NCBI GenBank assembly: GCA_963693365.1
Contig: CAVNZM010000016.1
Coordinates: 1,249,259-1,273,750, forward strand
Source: Amoebidium appalachense
Taxonomy: Eukaryota > Protista > Ichthyosporea
DNA: 24,492 nt
Reading direction: 5' to 3'
The position numbers were made by a program, and so were the translations under genes. Below are positions 1 to 14,185 of the stretch, piece by piece (the first letter of the stretch is position 1; each line of letters starts with the position of its first letter). Below the pieces are notes generated by a model, which saw only the letters and a program-made list of their open reading frames with translations, was not told where the DNA came from and did not search any database.

Positions 1-1096
1 TTTTGTGTGGGTAAACGGAGAAGCAGAGAGCACAGATGGGTGTTATGTTATACACAACACAGAGACACACGGGAGAAACACAACCGGAGAGGTGGAACGA
101 TTGCTGGAACCATAGGAAATGAATACGACTGCTTTATATTTATTCCAAGATGAAGTCCCTTTTATACTTGGGAATGTGAAAACGATAAACCAATCAAAAG
201 AACGAAAACTCTATTTTCCAATCAGAAAGACGAAAACTATGAGTGTAAAATATATCGATCGAAATGTCTGTCGACACATAGAATATAAAACTCAATCCTC
301 TAATGAAAGAAACTTCTAATAAAAGCACGGAAACATTTAACAAAATGAAACCACTTATGTAACTATTAGTTCACATCATACATTTATACATGTTCTTATC
401 ATAACACGTCTAAATATAATTATTCCTAATAGTTGGACAACATAGCACAATGCTACGTCGTGAGAAAGGAATGGGAAAGGAATGTAAGTTACTATATTTG
501 GGAAAATACAAACGAGATCTGATTGGGTGACATATTTAGATTTTGACACAAACGACAATACGTGTGCGCGAGCTAAGTATGTCGATACGTACACAGATCT
601 AAGATATCGGTGTACACGGAAACAGAAAGGAAAGAAAGAAAGAAAGAAAGGAAACAAACTACAACAAAATAATAAACAAATACAAAACTCAACTTCTAAG
701 TCTTGTTATGAATCATGGGAAGATGACAATGATAGGGATTGGTGTTGGTACACAAAGGAGGAAGGGAGGGGGCCCAGGATTCCAATTGGTACAGGAGGCC
801 GGTCCCGGGGGGGGGGGGGGGGGGTTCTGTTTGTAATTGGGTTTGTGTTTGTGTGTGTGTGTGTCGGGGTGGGTAAGTGGTTGGGTGTTTTGTATAAGGG
901 GGTTTAGAATGTGTTGAAGATGTGAAGTACACGTACACAACTGAAAACACAATGCAGACATGCAAAAATAAGTAGCCCATCCTCAGGGAGGGGGGGGGGG
1001 GGGGGGCACGTGGGAGGAGGAGGAGGGGGAGGGGGAGGGGAAGGGGAAGGGGGAGGGGGAGGGGGAGGGGGAGGGGGAGGGGGGGGGGGGGGTTAC

Positions 1097-4000
1097 TTGC
1101 TTTAGGGTCCAACTGACCCCACACTCGCTTGATTTGCTCTTGAAGCCACCCCTCGCTGCGGTCGGCTACCTCAAGATCACCGAATCCGTAGCGCTTGGCA
1201 TCCTCCTGGCTGAGGTTGAGGACGAGGGGGTACATGGGCATGTCGGGGTGCTGCATCATGGAGTTGAAGATGCTCTGGACGTGGTCCTGCCGTATACAAC
1301 ATGGGACGTGTGAGTGCCTTCACGGTGTTGTGAATGTATGAGCTACACATAGTAGAACAACGGTGGGGTAACAGTGTGTTGAGCTTGTGTACGTGTGCTT
1401 GTGCTTGTGTCAATCGTGTACGTGTGTGTGTGCCTGACAGTGTTGAAAAATCAACCAAAATACAGGGAAACAACCAACGTGTAGCACCGTTTCTTTCTTG
1501 GGGGTGATGGGGAAAAGGGGGGTTGTGGGGGAGCATGCCGGTAGGTTTCACGGCTCAAGGAACATTGAGCAGGAAAAAAAAAAAGATAAAGCCGCGGGGA
1601 AGGGGGGAAGGGGGGAAGGGGGGAAGAGGGGGGAAGAGGGGGGGAAGAGGGGGGGGGGGGGGGGGGGGCGAGGGGGTTGCACGAAGGTCTAATAGTAAAC
1701 TGCCAACTCCTTCTAAACTGCACGGATTTTCCCAAATATTTTTTTGTGCACAATGGAGGATGAAATGGGCTGGGGGGGGGGGGGGGGGGGGGGGCATGCA
1801 GTTTAGTCTAACGGCCCCAAAACCTTTGCATAGTCCATGGTTGGAAGAACCAGGGGGGATGAGGGAGGGGTGGGGAGGGGGGGGGGGGGGGGATGAATAT
1901 GAAGCAAGAAAACTAAAGCGCTAATTCCCTTTAAGTGAGCGGATTTCACCAAAGCTTTTGTATGCAGACTGGATGGGTGAGAGGGACAGATGTGAGTGAC
2001 AGGCCATGTGCACGTGGTCGTGTGCCGTGTGCATGTTCGTGTGCGAGCAGTGTGCACATGTTTATGTGTCATATGCACGTGTCAGCAATATCTGCATATG
2101 CTATGCGCATGTATAGAGTGAACACTGTGTATAGGCCTGCACTAGAAAGGCACGTAAGGGGCAAGTTCTTACCGAGTCTACCGGCCTGGGGTTGTACTGA
2201 ACGTTGTCCTTGTAGGCCTTGATCATGAAGTAGGGCACGTACACCAACTCGGCCACCTTCTTGGCCTGTGCCGCCTCGTCAGTGGCTCTCGCTTCGTCAA
2301 TCAGCCCGGACTTAGCCCTGGTCCTCCTTGTTGGGTTGTTGGTTTGCTGCTGGTATTTGCCGGGCTCGGGGACATCCTTGTCTTTGGCCCTTTTCGAAGA
2401 TCCATCCTGATCCTCCCTGCAGGCAGCAACAAGGCAAGTTAGGCTATAGATACGTGGCTAGTGGCCACTGATGATGGTTATGGGAGGTGTGATGGCAGGG
2501 GGGGGGGGGGGGTTCCGGGTGCACCTATGCAACACAAAAAGAAAATGTTGCCTTATTTGTATGCGATTCAGAGAAATTCGGTGATACCGCACTGAAAAGA
2601 CACAGTAGGCAAGAGGATGGTGATAATGTGTGTGTGTGTGTGTTTGTGTGTGTGTGTGCCAGTGCATGCCTGTGTGTGGGTGGGTGGGGGGGGGGGGGGG
2701 GGGGTAGACTGCTATGCATGTAGGCAGTTGTATGGAAACGAGGTGGTCTGGTGTGGGGAGGGGGGAGGGAGGCATCAGGTTAGCTGTAAGCAAGGCAGAG
2801 AGTTATAAAAGAGGGGAGGGGGGGGTTTGGGGGGGGGGGGGTGGGGGGGGGGGGGTCTTACTCCTCTTCGTTAACGGATCCGCCAGTTTCCTCAGATTCA
2901 AACTCCGCTTCGCTGTGTGAAAACAGTCGATTAGAATGTATAAGTTGATTGCAACAACACGCATGACCCCCAGTTTAAAACTGTAAGCCTATGAGGTGGC
3001 ATCGAACATCACAGTACGAGAGCTAAGCACACCTACCTACACATTTAGATCTTGGGGGCCACCGATATTGAATTTAACCCTGATGCACACACACAATCAA
3101 AATAATAGCATCCGCGCACACCTATCACTGTACATCAAAATTCTCCCTGCAGAGCAGCCAAACCATGGAACTCGGAATTGCATGTACCTGGTTTGGCGCT
3201 TCTTTCTCCCCGTTGTCTTCTTGTCTGCAGCCGATTTCTTCTTGTCGTGTTTCACCGGCGTCTCATTCTCCGCTGCAGCCCCTCTGCGGCGGTAGTTTAC
3301 ATGAGTACGGAGACGCACCAATACGCGCACGCACAGAAACGCACACCGTCCCGTACACAAGAAGAAAAGAGTCACGATGCTCTAACGTCATCAATGGGCC
3401 GGGGAGAGGGGGGGGGGGGGGGGGGGGGGGGGGGGAGGGGGGGTCATGGGTGGGGGGGGGGGGGGGGGGGGGGCAGCAGAGGAAAGAAGCAACGCAATAA
3501 CAAAGCAACAAAGCAACGATGCAAAAAAGCAACGAAGCAACAATGAAAAGAAGTAACGATGCTTTAAGGGATCAAAGGGCTGATGGGGGGGGGGGGGGGG
3601 GGGGGCAGCAGGGGAAGGAACCAAAAAAGTAAGGTGCCTAAAACGTGCATGGGGGGGGGGGGGGGGGGGGGGGGGGCAGAATGCTTTACATAGTCTGAAG
3701 TATACATACACGACAGACAAGACCATCAGTATGCTAATTATACACAGCAACACACCCACACCCACCGACCCACACAGACACAGACACACAGGCACATAAC
3801 ACACCGTGCTCACACACACGTGTACACAAACACATGCTTACACACCTTGACCGACGAGGGCCTTTGGGCCGATCGAGTGGTGGGGGCTTAACCGTCGGCC
3901 GGGGATCTACATGCCCCTCCTCGGCATCGTCTCGATCTCCGGCAAATACTAAGCTATGGTCTTCGTCTCGATTCCTGCAGCCCCAACCACGAGTTAATTT

Positions 4001-4169
4001 CTGACCAGAAGACCGGTGAAATGGTTATTATCCATTCTTTGTACCCGGGAAGGAGTCTAGGGGGACGGGGAGGGGGTTGGGGGGGGGGTGGGGGGGGGGG
4101 GGGGGGGTTGGCTGGCACTATTGAGGCAAAGGGGTTTCTCGGTCCGGAACTTTTCTTCAACGACATCAT
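1097..4169 (-). CDS. Spliced gene, 3' end missing (~278 aa assembled): Pro/Lys/acidic low-complexity N-terminus followed by a putative ParB-like N-terminal domain
   Basis: Six exons join in frame across canonical GT-AG sites: 4169-4045, 3974-3846, 3283-3188, 2912-2862, 2416-2173, 1286-1097 (phases 2,2,2,2,0). The C-terminal part reads YVPYFMIKAYKDNVQYNPRPVDS/DHVQSIFNSMMQHPDMPMYPLVLNL, similar to the ParB 'NPR..D...V..L..S+...P+++' pattern. No further exon was found in 1-1096. Exon 1 and the start codon are least certain. Confidence 0.7.
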
Positions 4170-4515
4170 GGCCGATTGTGGCAAAGTATTAAATAATTTG
4201 CAATACTAACCATTTTTATTTACATTGTTTTTTAAAGCAATAGACCAAATATATACTATAATCAAACCTTAACCATGCCATTCTTATCGATTAAACTACT
4301 TCCTTTAGCCGACGACCATGAAATTAAATTACCTACAACTTTTACATAAATCCTCACAGCCAGAATCGGCACATCCATTATGCATACATATCCAACATAC
4401 GAACCCCCTCCCCCCCCCTCCCCACTCTCCCCCACAAAAAAAAAAAAAAGAAAGAAAAGGAAAAGAAAAGGAAGAAAAAAAGAAAACTTTGCATATTTCA
4501 GAGAGAATAAAAGAA

Positions 4516-4712
<197 letters not shown>

Positions 4713-4739
4713 ATCCTAGTTGGGGGTCCTGATTCTTCT

Positions 4740-7214
<2,475 letters not shown>

Positions 7215-8654
7215 TGCTGTGTGCAAGAAAACGAAAAAGCAAACGTGTGTTCTGCAGTGAACTGTGCACAAGTACAAACTGAAATCCACAATGAGTGCTC
7301 GATCGTTCGGCCAGCCGTTTTTTTATCATATCTGCTTTCTGTCGATACAATTCCTGGAATGATTGGCTCATAGAACATCTAAGCAATGATTGGTCTACAG
7401 GTGCAACAATCTGATCGTGTCTGTGGAGACCAGGCGCGAGAAAGTAGTTCCCATATCCATTATTTTTATACAGTATGTATTCGTATTATTTAGTCTACTG
7501 GCCTGAATAGTAGTGATAGTCAAATATACCAACCACCAAAACGCAGGTGGGGTTCCCTGAAGAGCGATATCTTTTGCTTTTTCGCAAAACCAATCAAAAG
7601 GCAACATACGTCAGGTAACTCATTTTTTGCTTTTTGCATTTTTTGCTTTTTGGAAAGCAAATCACGAATGATCAAACCAATCCTAGCGCCGGAAAGTGAC
7701 GTTTTGCTTTCCCGCAGCGTGATAGCTGTTCCCACGATCAACGCATTTATCAAATTTTTTATGGCGCATGCCCATTGGAAAGAAATCTTTTGCTAGATGA
7801 GTTGTGATCAGGGTCCGCCTAGAGCGTCAACCCGCATTCTCTTCGTCCACGCGACGACAATATAATCACAACCAGAGCAGATATTTCTATGCTCTGGTTG
7901 TTAATGCCCTTATTAACTACAACCTTACTATAAATTGGTTATTCAATTCCACTTTACTGATATTTCAGGTACTTTGGCTCTTTAATTTGAAATGTTTGTG
8001 CTTATATAAGGCCAAAACATGCAAATGTCCCCACCACGTTTTTCTAGATATGAATACATATGAAATTTAGCCTACCAATCAGAAGGCTTGTATGCTGACA
8101 AACGTCGATTAGATGAAAGCGCACCAATTAAGCGGGGACATGACCCCCTAGATTCGGTCGAAACTAGTTGACTAGTGGGGCAAAATTAAAAGATGGCATA
8201 TAATGCAAGAATGGACAATAACACGGAAAAAAGAAAACATGCGATACCGCACCTTTATTTAACGTGTGTTATTAAAGTTAATTTGTTCAGGCTAGCATAT
8301 TTAGGCCCGGTACTTACGTAATGCGCATCACAACCGGCCTCTGGATACTGACAGATCCCCCAAGATCACGACACGACCGCGGCGGAATCTGAACGGTGGC
8401 AGCAGCATGCATGCAGCAAAGTGCTCAGTGTTGATGATGGCGGCAAGTTGTCGGCAGCAAGTTAATAATTACTGTTTAAAAATTGGCCCTGCGTGTACAC
8501 TGCGTTGGTATTTTTTACTATTCGTTTTGCATTATTACCTTTCGGTTTAACTTAGGCTTCTATTATAGTAAGATCATTATCGCTCCGGTAGTACTACTAC
8601 TAAGTTTGCAATAAGTACGACAGTACTAGCACACACAGCCAGTAGTGGTGGAAA

Positions 8655-9400
8655 ATGCCGCCCAGAGATGGGCGCGTCTCCCTTGAGGATGACATGCACC
8701 AACTACGACACGTACTTGGGGTGATACAAAGCAATCAGGCGGAGGCCCGTCGAGTAAATCCGCCTAGTACTGGCAAACGACACAATCCCTCTGAGACCCA
8801 CAATAGTCCTGGTGCACCCAAACGCGCCCGTGTTGACGGTGGCAATATGCCACAAGCTGTATCTGCCGATAATCATAATGGTGGCACTGCTGCAACTCAA
8901 GAGGGGCCCCACCATGACGCATTCTGGCTCGAAGAGACTCTGGCCGCCGAGGAGCAGAATGCGATGGACGAGCTTGAGCGGAGGAGGAACCAGCAGAAGC
9001 ACGGGGTGGCAAGGTCGCTGCAAGCAAAGGGGGAGCAGTTAGAACGCAACCGTGCCGAGCGACGACAAAGGGAAAAAATAACCACCGGGGCGTTCCCGCC
9101 GGCGCCTATTGGGCCTGTGCAGCTGCTGACGACAGACACAAATTCGAAGTTGGAGGGGACGGCCATCGATGCGGTTTTGGAAGCAACGTGCAGGTATGTG
9201 ACGTACAAAGCTCTTAGACTACCAATTTTCAGGCACCAGGTGTGAATGCATTGCACCCATGCATGTTTGTGCCAGTGGTCCTGAGTGTCATCCGAGCATA
9301 ACGATTAATAATAATTTCAGTATTCAAGGTATTTGTTTTTGTTTTTTTGTTTGTTCGTGTTTTTTTTTTTTTTTTGGGGGGGGGGGGGCGCGCAGCCTCA

Positions 9401-9431
<31 letters not shown>

Positions 9432-10909
9432 TATAAAACAAGCTAACCGGAAATATAATAATTTATAAAAAATTCTAGTACACTAATCATGTGTGGCGCC
9501 GTATTCTGTAATTTTTCGGTTTAAGTACAGATAATGACATTTTTCGTTTAGGAGGTGTCCTCTAATGGGAGAGCCGGACGGAGGGAGAAAGGAGGGGGAG
9601 GGGAGAGGGGAGGGGGGGGGGGGGGGGGGGGGTAATGAGACATGCTAACCGGAAGTATAATAATATAAAAAAAATTCCAGTATACCAATCATGTGTGGCA
9701 AAATATTCTGTAATTTTTCTGTTTAAGTACAGATAATTCCATTTTTCGCTTAGGGGGTGTCCTCTAATGGCAGAGCCGGACGGAGGGAGAAAGGAGGGGG
9801 GGGGGGGGGGGGGGGGGGGGGATGGGGGGGGGGGGGGGATGGGGGGAAGACGGAAGGTGAGAAGGGGGAACGCCTGCTGAGGGGGAGGGGGGGGGGGGAG
9901 GGAGGGGAAGATCATGCCACTTGCCATACTATGTTATCTTTGAAATGGCTGGCCAGCTGTTACAGTACGTGCTGCTTCGCTCACTGCAACGTTTCCATGC
10001 AGGTGTGATGATAACTGCTATGAACGCTTTACGAGAGCACAAGTGGTGGCCATAAGGACCCGCTGGCTATCACTCCCTCCGGCCATTCGCAATCAGGCCT
10101 TGCTGGATTACATGGCGCAGCACTGGTACTTTGAACCCCTCCCCCCTCCCCCCCCCCTCCCCTCCACCCCCTCTCCATCCCTCCTTCCCCCCATAATACT
10201 AGGGTATTGGCGCGTGTATTATATGCCATGGCTCAGCACTGGTACTTTGAAACCCCCCCCCCCCCCCCCCCCTTCCCCCCTCTCCCTCCTGCCATGCATG
10301 CCACCGTGTGTGCATCTTTGTGACTTGAATGTGCATGTGTGTGTGTGTGCATGCCACGGTGTGTGTATCTTTGCATGTGCATGTGTCACAGTGTGTGTGT
10401 GCATGCCATGGTGTGTGTGTATACCATGGGGTGTGCGTGTGCATGCCTCTATGTGTGGGTGTGGGTGTGGGTGAGTGCCGGTGTGTGTGTTTGTGTGTGT
10501 GTGTGGGGTGTGTGTGTGTGTGTGTGTGTGTGTGCATGGTGTGTGGATGATGTCCAAACGACATGGGCATAAACTCCACCAGACTAGATAGAAGTCACTG
10601 TGTTGTATTTACACCGAGACCTCAGACCCCCGGGGAGGGAGGGGGGGGAGGAGGGGATGGGGGGGGGGGGGGGGGGGGAGGAACGTGAACAAAGGGAATT
10701 CTTAGAAAATCCATGTGAGTGGGCTTCTGTTTTGGCCTGTGTTGTTTATGGATGTGAAGATAAGAACATGCCACACACTCACCGACACATACCGTAGCAC
10801 AGACACACACACATATGTGCATATGCACATGAACCCAGATATCAAGCTGCCGTTCCCGCCTCCAAACTCCCCCCCCCCCCTCCCCCCCCGCCCACCCTTC
10901 CTTTTCCCT

Positions 10910-10944
<35 letters not shown>

Positions 10945-11371
10945 TACACCATGGGCACACATGGGCATACACACTCACACACACACACCGTGGCATGCAC
11001 ACACATATCATGGCATGCGCACACACACACACATGCACATGCAAAGATACACACACAGTGGCCCGGATGCACACACAAACACATGCACATTACAAATTTT
11101 TGAAAATATATTAATCTGCGGACACAGGGTGGCAGACGGAAGTGACCCTACTGCCGACAAGAATGGCCTCACCTGGATACTGGAAAATACCAGGGTAAGC
11201 CCACTCTCTTCACCTCTTCCCATATCCCCTCGAAGTCCGGGCCTCGGGCTGTTCCCCAAATCCTATTCCCACCTGTCTCTACCTGTCCCCCCTTCCCCCC
11301 ACGTCTCCCCATTCCCTCCTCCCCGTTTCCCCCTCCCCCCCACTCCCACCCCACGTCCTCCTGTTCAGTCA

Positions 11372-11424
<53 letters not shown>

Positions 11425-12227
11425 GGCTTGGGTAGTGAGGATGGGAGCTGGTGGTATACCTATCCTCTCGGTTCCCCCACATCCCTCTCACATGTCTGAG
11501 CCTATTCCCCCCATCCTGTCCCCACCTGTCCCTACCTGTCCCCGCTTCTCACCACGTCTGCCCATACCCCCCCCCTTACCCCCCATCCCCCCCCCCACCC
11601 CTCTCCCGTTCCCCCTCCCCTCCCCCACTCCCACCTAACGTCCTCCTGTTCTTCTTACGATTCCCAAACAGTCGATCCATCCCCCCCAGCCCCACCCCCA
11701 CCCACGTTTGCCCCAGCCCCCCCGCACCTGCCCCAGTGCATTACCCTGCCATCATTTCCCCACACCACACCCTCCACTCCCCAACGTCTCCCCAGACCCC
11801 CAGCCCCCCCCCCCCCCCCCCCCCTCCCCCCGGCCCTCCTCCACCATGTCTAGTGTAGTGAGGATGGGAGCAGGTGGTGTTTGCATTTTTTGCAGAAACT
11901 GCAAGGGAAAAGGCAGTAGAAGGGAGCTGCTGCTGGTAATGACACACATCATCGTTTCTTCTGAATCAGGTTTGCCAGGATGCATTTGTGAAGGTTCCAG
12001 GCATGTGCCGAAATACATTCCTTGCCAGAAAGCGGGAGTTTCTTAGTGGGGATCGTTTCTATGTGCACGGCAACACCGGCAAGGGTGACGTTTCTCCTGC
12101 AACCGTCAGAATGATTGCGTGGTTCGATGAGTACATCGAAACAACTGGGCAGTATATGCCGGATTCTTCTACCATTCGTTTGCCGGCCTGCTACAACAGG
12201 GAGGAGATCTGGCAGGAGATGATCAAG
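8655..12227 (+). CDS. Sola/DUF7869-like DNA transposase, N-terminal half only (~329 aa assembled), apparently truncated
   Basis: Exons 8655-9193, 10003-10125, 11128-11194 and 11970-12227 join in frame (phases 2,2,0). They give [27 protein letters not shown]...[39 protein letters not shown] and [23 protein letters not shown]. These match the CxCxxxC, VCxxAF, HGN and GxxMP..I.LP motifs I recall from Sola-like/DUF7869 transposases. No DDE catalytic exons were found downstream. Confidence 0.72.
9442..9800. repeat. Intronic tandem duplication, 2 copies, period 202 bp
   Basis: gctaaccggaa...gagccggacggagggagaaaggaggggg occurs at 9442 and 9644, diverged, with G-runs between. Confidence 0.9.
10328..11091. 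repeat. Imperfect inverted repeat (foldback/MITE-like) in transposase intron 2
   Basis: aatgtgcatgtgtgtgtgtgtgcatgccacggtgtgtgtatctttgcatgtgcatgtgt at 10328 is the near reverse complement of the sequence ending at 11091. Arms are about 10328-10535 and 10912-11091. Confidence 0.75.
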
Positions 12228-12675
12228 GTGCTGAGCCCCCCCCCCCCCCCCCCCCCCTTCTTACCCCCACCACCTGCCTCCCTCTCCCACGGAGTGTGCA
12301 CTCTCGTATGTGTGTGTGTGTGTGTGTGTGTATGTGCGTGTGTCAGTGCATATACGTGGGCGTAACATTGTTAGGTCTGTGATACTTTGTGCGCTTGCAC
12401 TTGTGTGTGGAGGGGGAGCATGGTGGCCGGAGGTGGGGGGGGGGGGGGGGGGGGGGGGGGCGGATGTGTGCAGGATATCATTGCTACACGGGCAATGCCC
12501 AATCGGGGGTGGGTGTTTTTGTGTGTTAAATTCCGAAATTATCGATGCAGCACCCGATTATTGGTTGTTTGGGGTCTGAGCCTCACAAAAGAGGTTTAGA
12601 CGCCTGGCCTGCTGTGTATACACTGCTGGAGGGTAGGGGTGTAATGGAAATGGTTGGGATGCTGCATGGGGATAC

Positions 12676-14038
12676 TGCCTGCCCATAAAATGAAGTCCCA
12701 GGGGGGGTCTGAGTGTTTAAATGGGCGATATCGATAAAAACACACACAATTGTGCATAAATTCACTCTGGGTGCACGGATTTCGACCCAGTTTTTTGCCC
12801 TGCAAACAGGGGGCATGTGGGGGGGGGGCATGTGGGGGGCATGTGTGGGAAGTTTCGTGCATGTACCGGCACTGGTCGGACGGGAGGGGGGTCGATCGGC
12901 CAGAATTTACAGTGATTTGTACATGAAAGCGCATAATCATTTATCCAAAAATGCAAACACACCTAACTCCTTCCAGAAATGCAAGTAGCAAGAGTTAGGG
13001 GGCTCCAAAGTAACGTTAGGGGATGGGGATGAAGGAGCAGGGGTGTTTCGGGTGATAGGGCCCTATGCCTGCCCATAAAATGAAGTCCCAGGGGGGGGTC
13101 TGAGGGATTAAATAGGGGAAATCGATAAAAACACACACAAATGTGCATAAATTCACTCTGGGTGCACGGATTTCGACCCAGTTTTTTTGCCCTGCAAACA
13201 GGGGGCATGTGGGGGGCATGTGGGTGAAGGTGGGTGCATGTGCCGGCACTGGTCGGACGGGAGGGGGGTCGATCGGCCCGAATTTACAGTGATTTGTACA
13301 TGAAAGCGCAGAATCATTTATCCAAAAATGCAAACACACCTAACTCCTTCCAGAAACACAAGTAGCAAGAGTTAGGGGGCTCCAAAGTAACGTTAGGGGA
13401 TGGGGATGAAGGAGCAGGGGTGTTTTGGGTGATAGGGCCCTATGCCTGCCCATAAAATGAAGTCCCAGGGGGGGGTCTGAGGGATTAAATAGGGGAAATC
13501 GATAAAAACACACACAAATGTGCATAAATTCACTCTGGGTGCACGAATTTCGACCCAGCTTTTTGCCCTGCAAACAGGGGGCATGTGGGGGGTATGTGTG
13601 TGAAGTTTGGTGCATGTACGGGCTCTGGTCGGACGGGAGGGGGGTCGATCGGCCCGATTTGATGGTGATTTGTAGATGAAAGCGCAGAATCATGTATCCA
13701 AAAATGCAAATACACCCAACTCCTTCCAGAAATGCAAGTAGCAAGAGTTAGGGGGCTCCAAAGTAACGTTAGGGGATGGGGATGAAGGAGCAGGGGTGTT
13801 TTGGGTGATAGGGCCCCATGCCTGCCCATAAAATGAAGCCCCATGGGGGGGTCTGAGGGATTAAATAGGGGAAATCGATAAAAACACACACAAAGGTGCA
13901 TAAAATCACTCTGGGTGCACGGATTTCGACCCAGTGTTTTTGCCCTGCAAACAGGGGGCATGTTGGGGGTGTGTGTGGGAAGTTTGGTGCATGTACGGGC
14001 ACTGGTCGGACGGGAGGGGGGTCGATCGGCCCGATTTT
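12676..14038. repeat. Tandem array of ~377-bp units, ~3.6 copies
   Basis: The anchor gcctgcccataaaatgaag occurs at 12677, 13067, 13444 and 13820 (spacings 390, 377, 376). Units are highly similar; the first has an extra catgtggggg block. Confidence 0.97.
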
Positions 14039-14185
14039 AGGGGTCCGAACGAGGTGAAATTAATGAAAATTCTTCTGTGAGCACACTTTGCACCATATGT
14101 GGATGCACATGTCCTTTATTCGTTTTTATTCCACCGTTTATAGTATGCACAGCATACTAGGTACAAGACTCATGTAACACAACAT

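Noticed and set aside
1-700. Short AT-rich ORFs (119-319, 376-657) as continuation of the ParB-like gene
   Set aside because: No convincing in-frame exon or G.H motif; composition is non-coding.
10715-11858. 307-aa and 135-aa proline-rich ORFs (extensin/formin-like appearance)
   Set aside because: Poly-C intron sequence; only 11128-11194 is supported as an exon.
11432-11878. 24-bp direct repeat gtagtgaggatgggagc(t/a)ggtggt flanking a C-rich block
   Set aside because: Real but most simply a local intronic duplication; too long for a typical TSD, with no element features between.
12583-14002. Repeated minus-strand ORFs (MPPVCRAK...)
   Set aside because: They recur only because of the 377-bp array; frames shift between units.
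12676-14038. CRISPR-like array next to a recombinase
   Set aside because: Units are contiguous 377-bp copies with no unique spacers, no cas genes, and a eukaryotic context.
14141-14160. Helitron 3' end (hairpin + CTAG)
   Set aside because: The CTAG overlaps the stem rather than lying ~10 nt downstream, the stem is not GC-rich, and no Rep/helicase is present. Kept only as a hairpin observation.
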